DNA of 64,000 bases, taken from positions 262,322,001 through 262,386,000 of the forward strand of contig NW_027362767.1 of assembly GCF_046119375.1 (NCBI RefSeq). The letters are read 5' to 3'. Origin of the DNA: Phyllobates terribilis. Its lineage: Eukaryota. Within the stretch, counting starts at the first letter, position 1. Each line of letters starts with the position of its first letter. Below, piece by piece: positions 47,640-60,504 of the stretch. Position numbers and translations under genes: made by a program. The notes beneath the pieces are model-generated. The model was not told the origin of the DNA and did not search any database. It saw only the letters and a program-made list of their open reading frames with translations.

Positions 47640-49865
47640 CTGCTAAATCACAGCGAAAGGCAAGCGAATGGCGCAAGGTGCCGCGACCACAATAAGGGTA
47701 TGTGCACACGGTTAGGAGCCGCTGCTGGATCACAGCAAATGGCGCAAGGTGCCGCGACCACAATAAGGGTATGTGCACACGGTCAGGAGCCGCTGCTGGA
47801 TCACAGCGAAACGCAAGCGAATGGCGCAAGGTGCCACGACCACAATAAGGGTATGTGCACACGGTTAGGAGCCGCTGCTGGATCACAGCGAAAGGCAAGC
47901 GAATGGCGCAAGGTGCCGCGACCGCAATAAGGGTATGTGCACACGGTTAGGAGCCGCTGCTGGATCACAGCGAAACGCAAGCGAATGGCGCAAGGTGCCA
48001 CGACCACAATAAGGGTATGTGCACACGGTTAGGAGCCGCTGCTGGATCACAGTGAAAGGCAAGCGAATGGCGCAAGGTGCCGCGACCGCAATAAGGGTAT
48101 GTGCACACGGTTAGGAGCCGCTGCTGGATCACAGTGAAAGGCAAGCGAATGGCGCAAGGTGCCGCAACCACAATAAGGGTATGTGCACACGGTCAGGAGC
48201 CGCTGCTAGATCACAGCGAATGGCGCAAGGTGCCGCGACCACAATAAGGGTATGTGCACACGGTCAGGAGCCTCTGATAGATCACAGCAAATGGCGCGAG
48301 GTGTCGCGACCACAATAATGGTATGTGCACACGGTCAGGAGCCGCTGCTAGATCACAGCGAAAGGCAAGCGAATGTCGCAAGGTGCCACGACCACAATAA
48401 GGGTATGTGCACACGGTCAGGAGCCGCTGCTAGATCACAGCGAAACGCAAGCGAATGGCGCAAGGTGCCACGACCACAATAAGGGTATGTGCACACGGTC
48501 AGGAGCCGCTGCTGGATCACAGCGAAACGCAAGCGAATGGTGCAAGGTGCCGCGACCACAATAAGGGTATGTGCACACGGTCAGGAGCCGCTTCTGGATC
48601 ACAGCGAAACGCAAGCGAATGGCGCAAGGTGCCGCGACCACAATAAGGGTATGTGCACACGGTCAGGAGCCGCTGTTAGATCACAGCGATACGCAAGCGA
48701 ATGGCGCAAGGTGCCGCCACCACAATAAGGGTATATGCACACGGTCAGGAGCCGCTCCTAGATCACAGCGAAAGGCAAGCAAATGGGGCAAGGTGCCGCG
48801 ACCACAATAAGGGTATGTGCACACGGTCAGGAGCCGCTCCGAGATCACAGCGAATGGTGCAAGGTGCCGCGACCACAATAAGGGTATGTACACACGGTCA
48901 GGAGCCGCTGCTGCATCACAGCGAAAGGCAAGCAAATGGCGCAAGGTGCCGCGACCACAAAAATGGTATGTGCACACGGTCAGGAGCCGCTGGTAGATCA
49001 CAGCGAAAGGCAAGCGAATGGCGCAAGGTGCCATGACCACAATAAGGGTATGTGCACATGGTCAGGAGCCGCTGCTAGATCATAGCGAAACGCAAGCGAA
49101 TGGCACAAGGTGCCGCGACCACTATAAGGGTATGTTCACACGGTCAGGAGCTGCTGCTAGATCACAGCGAAACGCAAGCGAATGGTGCAAGGTGCCGCGA
49201 CCACAATAAGGGTATGTGCACACAGTCAGGAGCCGCTTCTGGATCACAGCGAAAGGCAAGCGAATGGCGCAAGGTGGCGTGACCACAATAAGGGTATGTG
49301 TACACGGTCAGGAGCCGCTTCTGGATCACAGCGAAACGCAAGCGAATGGTGCAAGGTGCCACGACCACAATAAGGGTATGTACACACGGTCAGGAGCCGC
49401 TGCTGCATCACAGCGAAACGCAAGCAAATGGCGCAAGGTGCGGTGACCACAATAAGGGTTAGTGCAGACGGTCAGGAGCCGCTGCTAGATCACAGCGAAA
49501 CGCAAGTGAATGGCGCAAGGTGCCGCAACCACAATAAGGGTATGTGCACACAGTCAGGAGCCGCTGCTACATCACAGCGAAACGCAAGCGAATGGCGCAA
49601 GGTGCCGCGACTACAATAAGGGTATGTGCACACAGTCAGGAGCCGCTGCTAGATCACAGCGAAACGCAAGCGAATGGCGCAAGGTGCCGCGACTACAATA
49701 AGGGTATGTGCACACAGTCAGGAGCCGCTGCTACATCACAGCGAAACGCAAGCGAATGGCGCAAGGTGCCGCGACTACAATAAGGGTATGTGCACACAGT
49801 CAGGAGCCGCTGCTAGATCACAGCGAAACGCAAGCGAATGGTGCAAGGTGCCACGACCACAGCGA
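47640..49865. repeat. CpG-rich 82-bp tandem repeat (about 27 units, with a 72-bp variant)
   Basis: Unit cacagcgaaacgcaagcgaatggcgcaaggtgccgcgaccacaataagggtatgtgcacacggtcaggagccgctgctggat. Confidence 0.95.
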
Positions 49866-50433
49866 GCGACTTATAACAAGCCGTTTTTTGCGTCTTGTTT
49901 GCGGCGGCTGCGTAACGATCTTGTCCACTACGTTTCGCTGCCATGTAGAAATGGATCAGTGTCATCTGTGGCCACAGCCAGAGAGTAAATGTCGGTCTGC
50001 ACTGCCACTCCCCAGAAGGATCGCACTCGTTGCTGTTTTCGACATAAATCAACCACGAGTTGTTTTTTTTGTTACACGTTGCGGTTGTAATGCGGTTATT
50101 TATTAGGTCTAGGACACATCGCACATTATGTTAATTGTTGTGTAGTCCTAGACTAAGGATAAGGCCTGATGGTGCAGATGCTGCTGAACCCCCCCCCCCT
50201 CCTTCCCTATGTCAATGGTCAGTTGCCGCTTAATTTCGTTTCACTATTGGCCGCGCTGTCACCGTCTGGTCGAGCCCTTACTTACTGCCATTATATGCCT
50301 CCTACTGGTACAATGTACCATTTTGGTGTCTTCTTGTGTAGCAGAGGGGCCTTAGGCCCCCTTAGGGACCAGGTGCGACCTATTCCACTTCTCCATCTGC
50401 ACTCTCAATATTTCCAGACAATGTCCTCCCTTA

Positions 50434-50661
50434 GGCCACAGCTCCACTATCAGTATTCGGTCAGTAATTTTTCTCAGGAGTGGGAGCCAAAACCAGGAGT
50501 GGGTGATAAATACAGAATTGGTGACTTGTTTCTATTATACCTTTTCTCTGATTGTTCCAATAAAAACAAGTCACCAATTCTGCATTTATCAAGCACTCCT
50601 GGTTTTGGCTCCCCCTCCTGAGAAAAAATACTGACCAAATACTGATAGTGGGGCCGTGGCC
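50434..50661. mobile_element. Palindromic Tourist-like MITE (copy 2)
   Basis: TTA target duplication (50431-50433, 50662-50664); ends ggccac / gtggcc. Confidence 0.85.
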
Positions 50662-51099
50662 TTAGAAGCGGATCCTACACTTTTAGGGAATTGCTATTTA
50701 AGCAATAAGAGCATGTTTTAGCAAATCATTGAGACCTTGGTGCCCCCTAGAGGAGTGTAGTGCCTGCTGCTCCTTTGCTAGTGTTTTCATCGAGCCGTAA
50801 ATCTTATTCTTTGAGCCAAGCTACTGCTCCCTGTTATCAGACAGGCTGACTGTAGTCTTCTTCACTGGCATAATTGACAAAAAATACAGAAACCTCCATG
50901 CTCTACCTCTTCCTAAACCACTAATTTATGTCCCATATCCAGTGCTGAGATCTCGCCCCCCCCTCCGAGACCCTTCCATCATGTGTGACTGATCTCAGCC
51001 CTGAGGCTCATTATACGCTGCTGACTATAGGCCGTGGCCCTTTAAATCCTTGTCCTCAGCCTTTTGACACAGTGTAAAGACCTCAGGCCACGCTGAACC

Positions 51100-51213
51100 C
51101 TCCTCTCCCCATAGCGGGCGGGCTTGCGTCCTGGTGGGGTTACGTCAATCAGACTGACACCCTTTATCCTAATGAGATCTCCCTTAGAAACTTAATGCCG
51201 AGAATTGGGACAG
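51100..51213 (+). other. WDR31: Possible alternative upstream exon or promoter of WDR31
   Basis: GC box gggcgg and ttacgtca motif near 51115-51146; strong donor cag|gtgagc at 51214. Confidence 0.4.
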
Positions 51214-51917
51214 GTGAGCGGACGCCACATTTTCCTTTCTCCTTCTCTGTAATAATTGTCTGCTGTGATCAGATTTGTGAGATCCCCCGAATATGAAGGG
51301 GCCAGTCTGTAAATACATGAGAGCCTTTCTATATCCGGATAGTCTGTAATCTGCTCAGACTGGAGCGAGGATTGTAATATATCCAGCGGTAATGAGCCAC
51401 TTATCCCACTCGTCTGTCTGGTGTGGATGCCCCGGTAGTAAATATATTGGTAATGTTATTAATCTGTGGCTCTTCTCCTCTGCCGACGTTGATTTTTAGG
51501 AGGCACATCTTCGCCTCAGAACTACTGATGAGGGGTCCCCTGTATTTTCATGCCACGTCCATAGATGAATTTTGGATGAATTTCCGCTTTCACTATTTGA
51601 AGTGGAAGATGAAAGAGGGGGAAACATTAACATGCTGTACACTTCCTTTGTTCTTAGCCAATCAGTAACAAGAGCCTGAGGAGCAGTGATCATTTGAGAG
51701 GGTTCACATGGACATCACCGTGATCCAAGTATCAGTTCTGATGGGGGAGCTTCTATATGTCTATTACATAGAACAGATGATACCGTGACGTTAGTGATTC
51801 CGGATCACCAGACGTTCATTTGTTATCTTTCCTCCTGGCAGGTGGCACTTTAGGATTCCTGATGTCTGGCCCTGTCATTCTTCATCGGCTTCTGTCATCC
51901 CGTCACCAGTTGGGATA

Positions 51918-51964
51918 ATGGGAAAATTCCAGAGTAAAGTCAAGCGGAACAGCTCTAAATACAG
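51918..51964 (+). CDS. WDR31: WDR31 coding exon 1 (exon starts at 51842)
   Basis: MGKFQSKVKRNSSKY-R resembles the mammalian MGKQQSKLK segment; acceptor at 51840-51841; donor ag|gtaaat. Confidence 0.88.
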
Positions 51965-52339
51965 GTAAATATGTTACCAGAGATGGGAAAACCAAAGACT
52001 GCCCCCCCCCTCCAGAGGACCAGCCAATGTGCAGAGGGGAAATTTTGGAATCTTTAAAGTAACGGTGCTAATCCCCCCCCCCTCATGTGGAAAAGCTTCC
52101 ATATTTCCGCTGTACACATTGCATCATTGCCCCATGTGACCAAAAAGTCTTTAGGAGAAACTTTCATCTACTGGTGCTGACCCTGTGGGGAGATCTTGGG
52201 GGGCACAGCTAGGTAGGTATGACTTACTTGTACCCCCCCATTCTAGTACTGCAGCACTCTGTATACATCTCAGCCATAGACCTCAGCACTTTGTATCATC
52301 TGTCCTGGTATACATTCACATTGTTTCTTCCATGTGCAG

Positions 52340-52469
52340 GGCTGACAGTCACGTAGAGGAGAGGTTGCCGGTTCAGACAGTCCCGCAGTACAGTCGGGCC
52401 CACAATGACGCCGTCACCTACATCGCTGCCCTGAAATCCGACCTCTGCGTGTCAGGTGGCAAAGACAAG
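52340..52469 (+). CDS. WDR31: WDR31 coding exon 2
   Basis: QYSRAHNDAVTYIAALKSDLCVSGGKDK; tgcag acceptor; aag|gtaagt donor. Confidence 0.92.
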
Positions 52470-53249
52470 GTAAGTACTTAACCGCGGAGTCGCTGAGCAC
52501 CGGATACTGCGGCTGCCCTGCCTTGTAATTAACAGACCGGGGCTCAGATTCCCACCTGATGACGGGCAGAGGTTAGGCGTGTTCATTGGCTGATCCCTAT
52601 CATTTCATTGTGATCTGTATACAATCTACGGACCAGACAGACATTTGCCCAATAAAGATCCATATTATTGTCTATTCGATCCTTTGTTTCCAAAGCAGTG
52701 GAAATGTCTTTTGACTGCTTATCCCCCTTTTTGCCAAGAGAAAATGATGAGAAAATGAGCCGATCATGTGTGCTAAAGGGATCGACCAGAATTAGAAAAT
52801 CATGGCTGCTAAATGCTAAAAGCAGCGCCACACCTGCCAACAGGTAGTGTCTGGTATTGCAGCTATACTGATGTGAATGCAGCTGAACTGCAATAGCCTG
52901 AACACATCACGTGCTGCTTTTGGAAGAAAGCCGCCATGTTTTTCTGTTGTGTGACATCCCCTTTAATAGAAGGTGAGGGTGTGATATTTGCTGGCTGAGT
53001 GTACAGCCAAGGTATGTTTTGTGCCTTATTGTGGGGTGATCAAAAGCCCTGCTTTGTGGTGCATAGAAATGTTTTCCCTTCCCGTGCCCTGTGGACATCG
53101 TACGTGAATCACTTTGCCCCAACGTATCGAGGTCCCCTGATAGCTTTAAGCATGGGTATGGCGGCAACTTCTCAATCACCCGGGTCTGGACGTATCTCTG
53201 CTTGCTAAATTTGGGGGCAAAGTATGACTGATGCTTTACTATCTTGCAG

Positions 53250-53324
53250 GCTGTGGTTGTGTCCAATTGGAGAACGGGCAGTGCCCTGAAGAGGTTTGTG
53301 GGGCACGAGCGAGAGGTGTCTAAG
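53250..53324 (+). CDS. WDR31: WDR31 coding exon 3
   Basis: AVVVSNWRTGSALKRFVGHEREVSK; canonical splice sites. Confidence 0.92.
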
Positions 53325-53428
53325 GTAATTCTGTGCCTACGGAGCGAGATGTAGAGAGCACACATCACATTCACACGGGTGAGAAAACAGACGTGTTCAT
53401 CAGGCTGTGTCATGTCTCCACCGTACAG

Positions 53429-53573
53429 ATCGCCTGCGTGTTCGGATCCAACCGCATCTTCAGCGCCTCTCGGGATAAGTCCGTCCTCATGTGGGATCTG
53501 CACTGTAAGGCTGGCAGTGCCCAGAAGTTCATCGGGCATCACTTAATTGTCACTGGATTGGCAGTAAGCCCCG
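53429..53573 (+). CDS. WDR31: WDR31 coding exon 4
   Basis: IACVFGSNRIFSASRDKSVLMWDL...GHHLIVTGLAVSP; weak donor ccg|gtctgt. Confidence 0.9.
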
Positions 53574-53651
53574 GTCTGTACTCGCTCATGCACACTGTTA
53601 TTCTTATATTAGTTGTCACCCACCTTCTGACTTTCTTCTTGTCACTTGCAG

Positions 53652-53752
53652 ATTGTACCAAGATGGTGACGGGGTCTCGAGACAACACCCTGTGTAAATG
53701 GGATGTGGAGTCCGGACAGTGTCTGCTCAAAGCTGCAGTGTCCAGAAATTTG
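53652..53752 (+). CDS. WDR31: WDR31 coding exon 5
   Basis: MVTGSRDNTLCKWDVESGQCLLKAAVSRNL; donor ttg|gtaagt. Confidence 0.92.
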
Positions 53753-53974
53753 GTAAGTTCAGTGTTCTAGATAGGACTGAGGTGCTGCCACAATGTGCTG
53801 CACATGATCTCTGTATAGATAGCAGTGTGGGGGGCAACAGTAGCAAATCTGAATTATTTCACTATTCAGCATCATGTCCTTCGGACAGGCTGTCAGTGTG
53901 TGATTGGTGAAGGTCTGCTCAGCAGAGCATAATCACTGTGTGCAGGATCCTGACCTCGACGCTCTGCCCTATAG

Positions 53975-54042
53975 GTGACGCACTTATGCTGGGTTCCCGG
54001 AGAGTCCTACATCGTTCAGACCTCAGAGGATAAAAGCACCCG
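53975..54042 (+). CDS. WDR31: WDR31 coding exon 6
   Basis: [23 protein letters not shown]; canonical splice sites. Confidence 0.92.
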
Positions 54043-54337
54043 GTCAGTTATTCTTGTGTATTCAATAGGATGTGATGTCTCACCACGTACAAGCATTATA
54101 TGTGTGATAAACAGGCAGAATTCAGATCCAGTAATGACATGCTGGAAGGCCAGGAACGGTGCAGAAAGCAGGGATGTGGGTGCCTGACCCCACACACCAC
54201 TTAGGTCTCCCTCAATTTGTCAGAACAGAGGTCTGCTTGGCTGTTTTACAACAATACTCCTCCTTTTACCGGTAGTAGTAAAACATTTTTTACCTCCTTT
54301 TCACTTTCCTAGTTTTCTGAGTAGATGCCTCTCTTTC

Positions 54338-54645
54338 CCCAGTAGTCACAGCGGGACCCCTCTACTTCCCGAGTAGTTACAGCGGGACCCCTCTACTTCC
54401 CGAGTAGTCACAGCGGGACCCTCTACTTCCCCAGTAGTCACAGCTGGACCCCTCTACTTCCCCAGTAGTCACAGCGGGACCCCTCTACTTCCCCAGTAGT
54501 CACAGCGGGACCCCTCTACTTCCCCAGTAGTCACAGCGGGACCCCTCTACTTCCCCAGTAGTCACAGCGGGACCCCTCTACTTCCCCAGTAGTCACAGCG
54601 GAACCCCTCTACTTCCCCAGTAGTCACAGCAGGACCCCTCTACTA
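54338..54645. repeat. 31-bp minisatellite (about 10 units) in a WDR31 intron
   Basis: Unit ctctacttccccagtagtcacagcgggaccc. Confidence 0.92.
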
Positions 54646-55184
54646 CTTTCCAAGCAATGACAGCAAAACTCTCTCATATAACATAACCTTGCTCTCACAG
54701 TAGTCACATTTGATTTCCACATTTCCCTCAAGCTCCAGCATTGAGAAATGGCAAAACCGATATGATACTGTAATTTCCCTCAAGATCAATAAAGTGTATC
54801 ACAGTAGCAGAACATAGAGACGAATTACAACGTAACAGTAGAATTTTTCAGGTATAATCTCATACATACCCATTCATGACCAGTCAGTACGATATACAAT
54901 TATAGCACCAATAATACACCAGTCACTTCTGGAATTTCACACTTAGGTAGCTGTTGTACATTCCCTTAGCAGCCGGCACGAACGATTTCCTGTATCTTTC
55001 CTCCTTACACCTTAGTAGGATTAGACGGTTACTGAAGGTGCTCCTCTGCCTCATGAACTGCTCATATAATGGGGGTGTGTTATTGCTCCTTATCGCCATA
55101 TAATGGGGGTGCGTTATTGCTCCTTATCGCCATATAATGGGGGTGCGTTATTACTCCTTACCGCCATTTAACGGTGGTGCGTAA

Positions 55185-56135
55185 GGCTAAGTGCCCACGA
55201 AGCAGAAATGCTCCGGATTTTTTCTGCATCTCCCTGGCAGGAAAAACGCATGCGGATTGTACATGCGGATTGTACATGTGGATTGTACATGCGGATTGTA
55301 CATGCGGATTGTACATGCGGATTGTACATGCATTTTTCCTGCCAGGGACAAGCGGATGTGAAGCGTTCTTCACTGGCATTTCCGCATGCGGATTCACAAG
55401 AGATTTTAGCATCACTTGGAAAGTGCTTGACAACTTGGTCACACTATATAAATCCATGCAACCGTAGTAAAAAAAAAAAAAAAAAAAAGAATAAAATGGT
55501 GAAAAATAAAATATTATACTTACCTTCCGATGGCCCCCGGTCTCCTTCTCCTGTGTCTTCGACGGCTCACGGTGGTGTAAAAGGACATTTCATGACGTCA
55601 TTTAGTCATGTGACAGGTCACGCGACGGCCGACGTGACCTGTCACATGACTAAATGACGTCATGGAAGGTCCTTTTACACCACCGTGAGCTGCCGAAGAC
55701 ACCGGACACATCGTACAGTAGACCGGGGGCCATCAGAAGGTAAGTATAATGTTTTTTTTTTTATTTTAAATTCTTTTTTTTTACAGGTACTGTGGTACCC
55801 GGGTCTGGATGAGAGTCTCCTGTCCTCCACACCCAGGTACCATCCACACATTGAATCGCTGAATATCCGCATGTGCACATGTACTCATGCGGATATTATG
55901 CGTTTCAATGCAAGTCAATGGCAGCAATTACGCCGCGTTTCTGCAAAATTAATGGACGTGCTGCGGATTTTTCCGCAATGATAATCCACAGTGTAAATTT
56001 CCGCAGCATGTGCACAGAACATGTGGATTATCATTGGGGAACATGGCAGACCTTCTACCAAGCGTTTTTTAAGCGTTTCTGCGGCGGAATTGCCACTGCA
56101 GAAACGCTTAAAAAACACATAATGGGCACACAGCC
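55185..56135 (-). mobile_element. Harbinger-type non-autonomous element, inverted relative of 2828-3669
   Basis: TAA/TTA flanks, matching TIRs and internal sequence; internal 13-bp unit catgcggattgta repeated about 6 times. Confidence 0.8.
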
Positions 56136-56139
56136 TTAT

Positions 56140-56400
56140 TGTTCATTATCGCCAAACACTTCTGAATTCTTTTCTCGACTACCTCCTCAAAAGTGTCAAG
56201 ATGGCAGCCAACAGTGGAGCTTGCCTTCTTGATGAGTTTATTTAGCTTATTAGCATCAGACACCCGCACACTACTTCCCAGGTATATGATTGCGGAAAAG
56301 ATGGCACTTGCTCCTACGGACTGGGAGAACACTCCTAACATTACAGACGGGAAGAGGAGGAGGCGCTCTGCCTCTAGCTCATCCCTCCCATCTACATAGA
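56140..56400 (-). mobile_element. Decayed non-LTR retrotransposon fragment (Rex1/Babar-like RT C-terminus)
   Basis: FSQSVGASAIFSAIIYLGSSVRVSDANKLNKLIKKASSTVG resembles the post-RT region of Rex1-type LINEs; recognised from memory, not searched. Confidence 0.55.
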
Positions 56401-56712
56401 TGAGAGCTGCTACTGATACAATTCTATCTCAGTAATGGGAAAGTCTTCACTGAATGCAGATTTCACCTCAGAATTGAGAATTTTGATAATCACTGATCAA
56501 TTTTGGCAGAGGAAGAAGCAGATTTCTCTGATTAGAGATATTACAAAGTTTCTTATTTTCACATGTACTATTGATTTATGAAATAAAAATTAAAATGCTG
56601 GTTATTCTTTAAAGGGTGACTCTACCCAAGCTGGAAATATCATATGAAAGAAAATCCGGCTGTCCTGCACCAGTGCTAGGAACTTCTATACTAATGTGCT
56701 AAACTACCCTAA

Positions 56713-56994
<282 letters not shown>

Positions 56995-57225
56995 TAAAAA
57001 CCCCTAAAAGCCGCTCACCTGTATATACCTCTCTATACAGGATTTGTGCCCCAGGTGGATGTTCTTAGCCCTAGAGATATGTGACATCTAGGGCAAGTCG
57101 TTTTCTACACTTCCTTTCAACTACCCCAGTCATGAACATGGCTGTCATCTCTCAACTGCTTGAAATGGCTGACAACAGAGAGCAGTAGGTTTTAGTCAAC
57201 AACACAGCTTATGAAGTCAAACTGA

Positions 57226-57414
<189 letters not shown>

Positions 57415-57825
57415 TGATCAGTCTATAGTCCTCTTTATGACTTGCGTGGTAAGTGATACTACATTGTCAGCACGTGCCATCACTTTATAATTGGTGAGAT
57501 CTGACCCTGATAATGAAGGGGCTGCAGTGATGATTTATAACTGCAGACCCTTCTAAATGTTTCCAGCACAACAGCGCTCACATCATCCTGGCCGTACGAG
57601 GAACTGCAGCCAACCCTGTGTAATAGAATAGGAGGAAAGTGAGGGGATATACATATATAGTATCTGGCTTGTATTGTGGAAAATGTAGTCCGATCTTATG
57701 TAAAGAATTAATTTCCCACAGTGCAGTAAAGCATTGATCAAATGGATCAAAACTATTCCTAGAAATCCCCCTCCATACAAGCATGCGTGTGTCACCAATA
57801 TGCAGAGGGGAATAAGTCCCATTGA

Positions 57826-58089
<264 letters not shown>

Positions 58090-60504
58090 GCGGGGGTGCC
58101 GCAGAAAGTCCCCCTCCCCACCAATATCACACCCAGGGTCCTATCACTGCGGCAAGGATATCCACATTGTGTATGGGATAAAGAGGCGGCGATTACCTCT
58201 AAGCACTTCTATAGACTAATAATCACACTAGACGATGGCGCTCCTGTCCTGTCCTGCTGCTAGGGGCGATCTCAATGGAGTCAGTGAAAGTTTAGAGGCA
58301 AAACATGGCAGCTCAGTGGTTGGCATTATTGCATCACATGGCGGCAGTCCTGGGACATCAATCGAGAGATGTAGCACTGCCTATCCGTGACCTGTCCTCC
58401 TGATGAACACTCATACTTGAAGCGGTTTCCATTAGTGACCGCGCACTTAGATCTGTAACAGCCAATATTTTTGTAGATTTTTTTTTTTAATATTTGTGTA
58501 TATGAATTATTACTGTATATTTGGTGTTGTGTAGATATAACAGAAGCGGTCATCACACCACTGGACCGGGGGAGATCAGAGGCCGCCCGGCTCTTCTGCA
58601 GTCGCTTATTTCCTGGGTGAATAATCTGGTAGGAAGATCCTTTCCTTGTGGGAGGGTTTGGCATTAATCTTTCATTTATGCGGAGCGGTAGACCCTCTTT
58701 ACAGATTTTCTCTTATTTTATTGTTCATCCGGATGATAATCAGGTTGCAGGCAGCCCCTGATCTCCCAGAATCCAAAGGACAGTTTGTTTTTTAGAATAT
58801 GTGTTAACTGCGAAAGCATCTGTGACTTTTTCCTGTGGATTGGTACATGGAGGAGGGTGAGATCCTGGTCAAATTAATCCCTTTCAATGTACCGGGGGAG
58901 AATCCTGCAAGATCTGCTTTTTTCACAAGTGGATTTTGCAGCAGATTTGCAGCGAAATTTAGGCAGGTGCCAAGGATGATGGGACTGGACTAGAGGTGAG
59001 CAACAAGATTCACAGGACCCTGGCCTCGTCGGAAGTCTGTGCCCACCGGAGCAAATTTCCTCCTACCTGCCGATATCTCCTTCTCCGCACTAGTAGTCCC
59101 AGCACGACGCACTCACCAGGCCTACTGATCAGAAGAGGTGCCGGGACACTGGCAAGAAGGAGGTTCACAGGGCTCTGGTCCGAGGCTACACACTACCGAC
59201 ATGGCTGCTGGGCAAGGGTCCTGCAAATCTTTTTGCTCAACTCTTGATTGGATTAAGTTGTTGTTTTGTTTTTTTTTTACACTTTCTCATCTCCAATATC
59301 TAGATGAGGATTTCTAAAATCTTTCTAATATTTGAAGCCTTTTCATTTACTACCTTTTTAGGATCTCTGCTTACTGTCAGGGAACCCGTCCTGAGCTCAC
59401 ACAGCCGCAGGGCTCATTAGAAGCGGGAGGTCTGATGCACGGTACCATCCACGCACCTTATCCAAGATAACAGCAGGAATGATTCCTTTCACTTTCAGCA
59501 AGCAGAGATCTTGAAAATAATGAGGCGTCAATACCCAAAGTATATTACAAGTTTGTATAACTTTGACTTATATGCAAAAAATAGAAAAATGTGGAATAAT
59601 TTGTATCTCCCCTGCGTTGGCCACATGGGGGCAATGTTGATAACCCCCCTCTAGCTGTTTAGGAGCCTGTAGCCTGTAATGGGAGGGCCATTATAGCCCC
59701 CATACAGACCCCTAATAGTTTACTGTGCCAGGAAGAACACTTGTTTTTACTGTTTGTTTTTGCATATATTTAATGTGTATAGTGACATTCCTTTAATCCA
59801 GCACCTGAAATTCCAGTAGTCCAGCATAAAACTGTACGATGAGAAGCAGAGGGAACCAACTAAGTGACAAAGGCAGATACTGTGGCAATGGGGTGAGGTT
59901 TGGAGGTTCTCTTCTCTTACAGGTTAGTGGCGCTTTGTCCACTGATCCAGAATGTCTGATAATTCAGCAGCGATCAGGTCCTGTAGTTCTGGTTCTGATT
60001 AGACTGTATAATGTTTACATTTTGTATTGTACTTTTGAGTTTAAGCCTGTGAGATAGATGCATCCTCCATGTACTGTGTGTAGATATGACCATACTGTGA
60101 GGCTTTATTACCCTCTGGATCCATGTTGTGCATAGGGAAATACTGAATAAAGCAGATACTTGTGCTCTGTACTTAGACTTTTGTGATATTATTTTATAAT
60201 AAAAAACAACTCCCATGATCAAAGGTTTTCTGTTGATGCTACAAGTCAGGACCCCTGAGAAAGTAATGCCAAAACTAGACAAGAGTCAATGGAGCCCTGT
60301 GAAGGAGTATGAAGAAAGGGCGCTGTACAATCACATGATGCCCGCAGAACATTGCCCCTCACGCTACAGAACATTGCCTGACTGCACTGCCTCTGCCGGC
60401 TTATCTTTCCATGGTGCCACCTCCTCCCCATGTAAGTGACGTCCCCAGCCATCCACATGTTTTCAGTACCGATTCATCAAACCAGGCCACCTTTGCTTGC
60501 TCTA

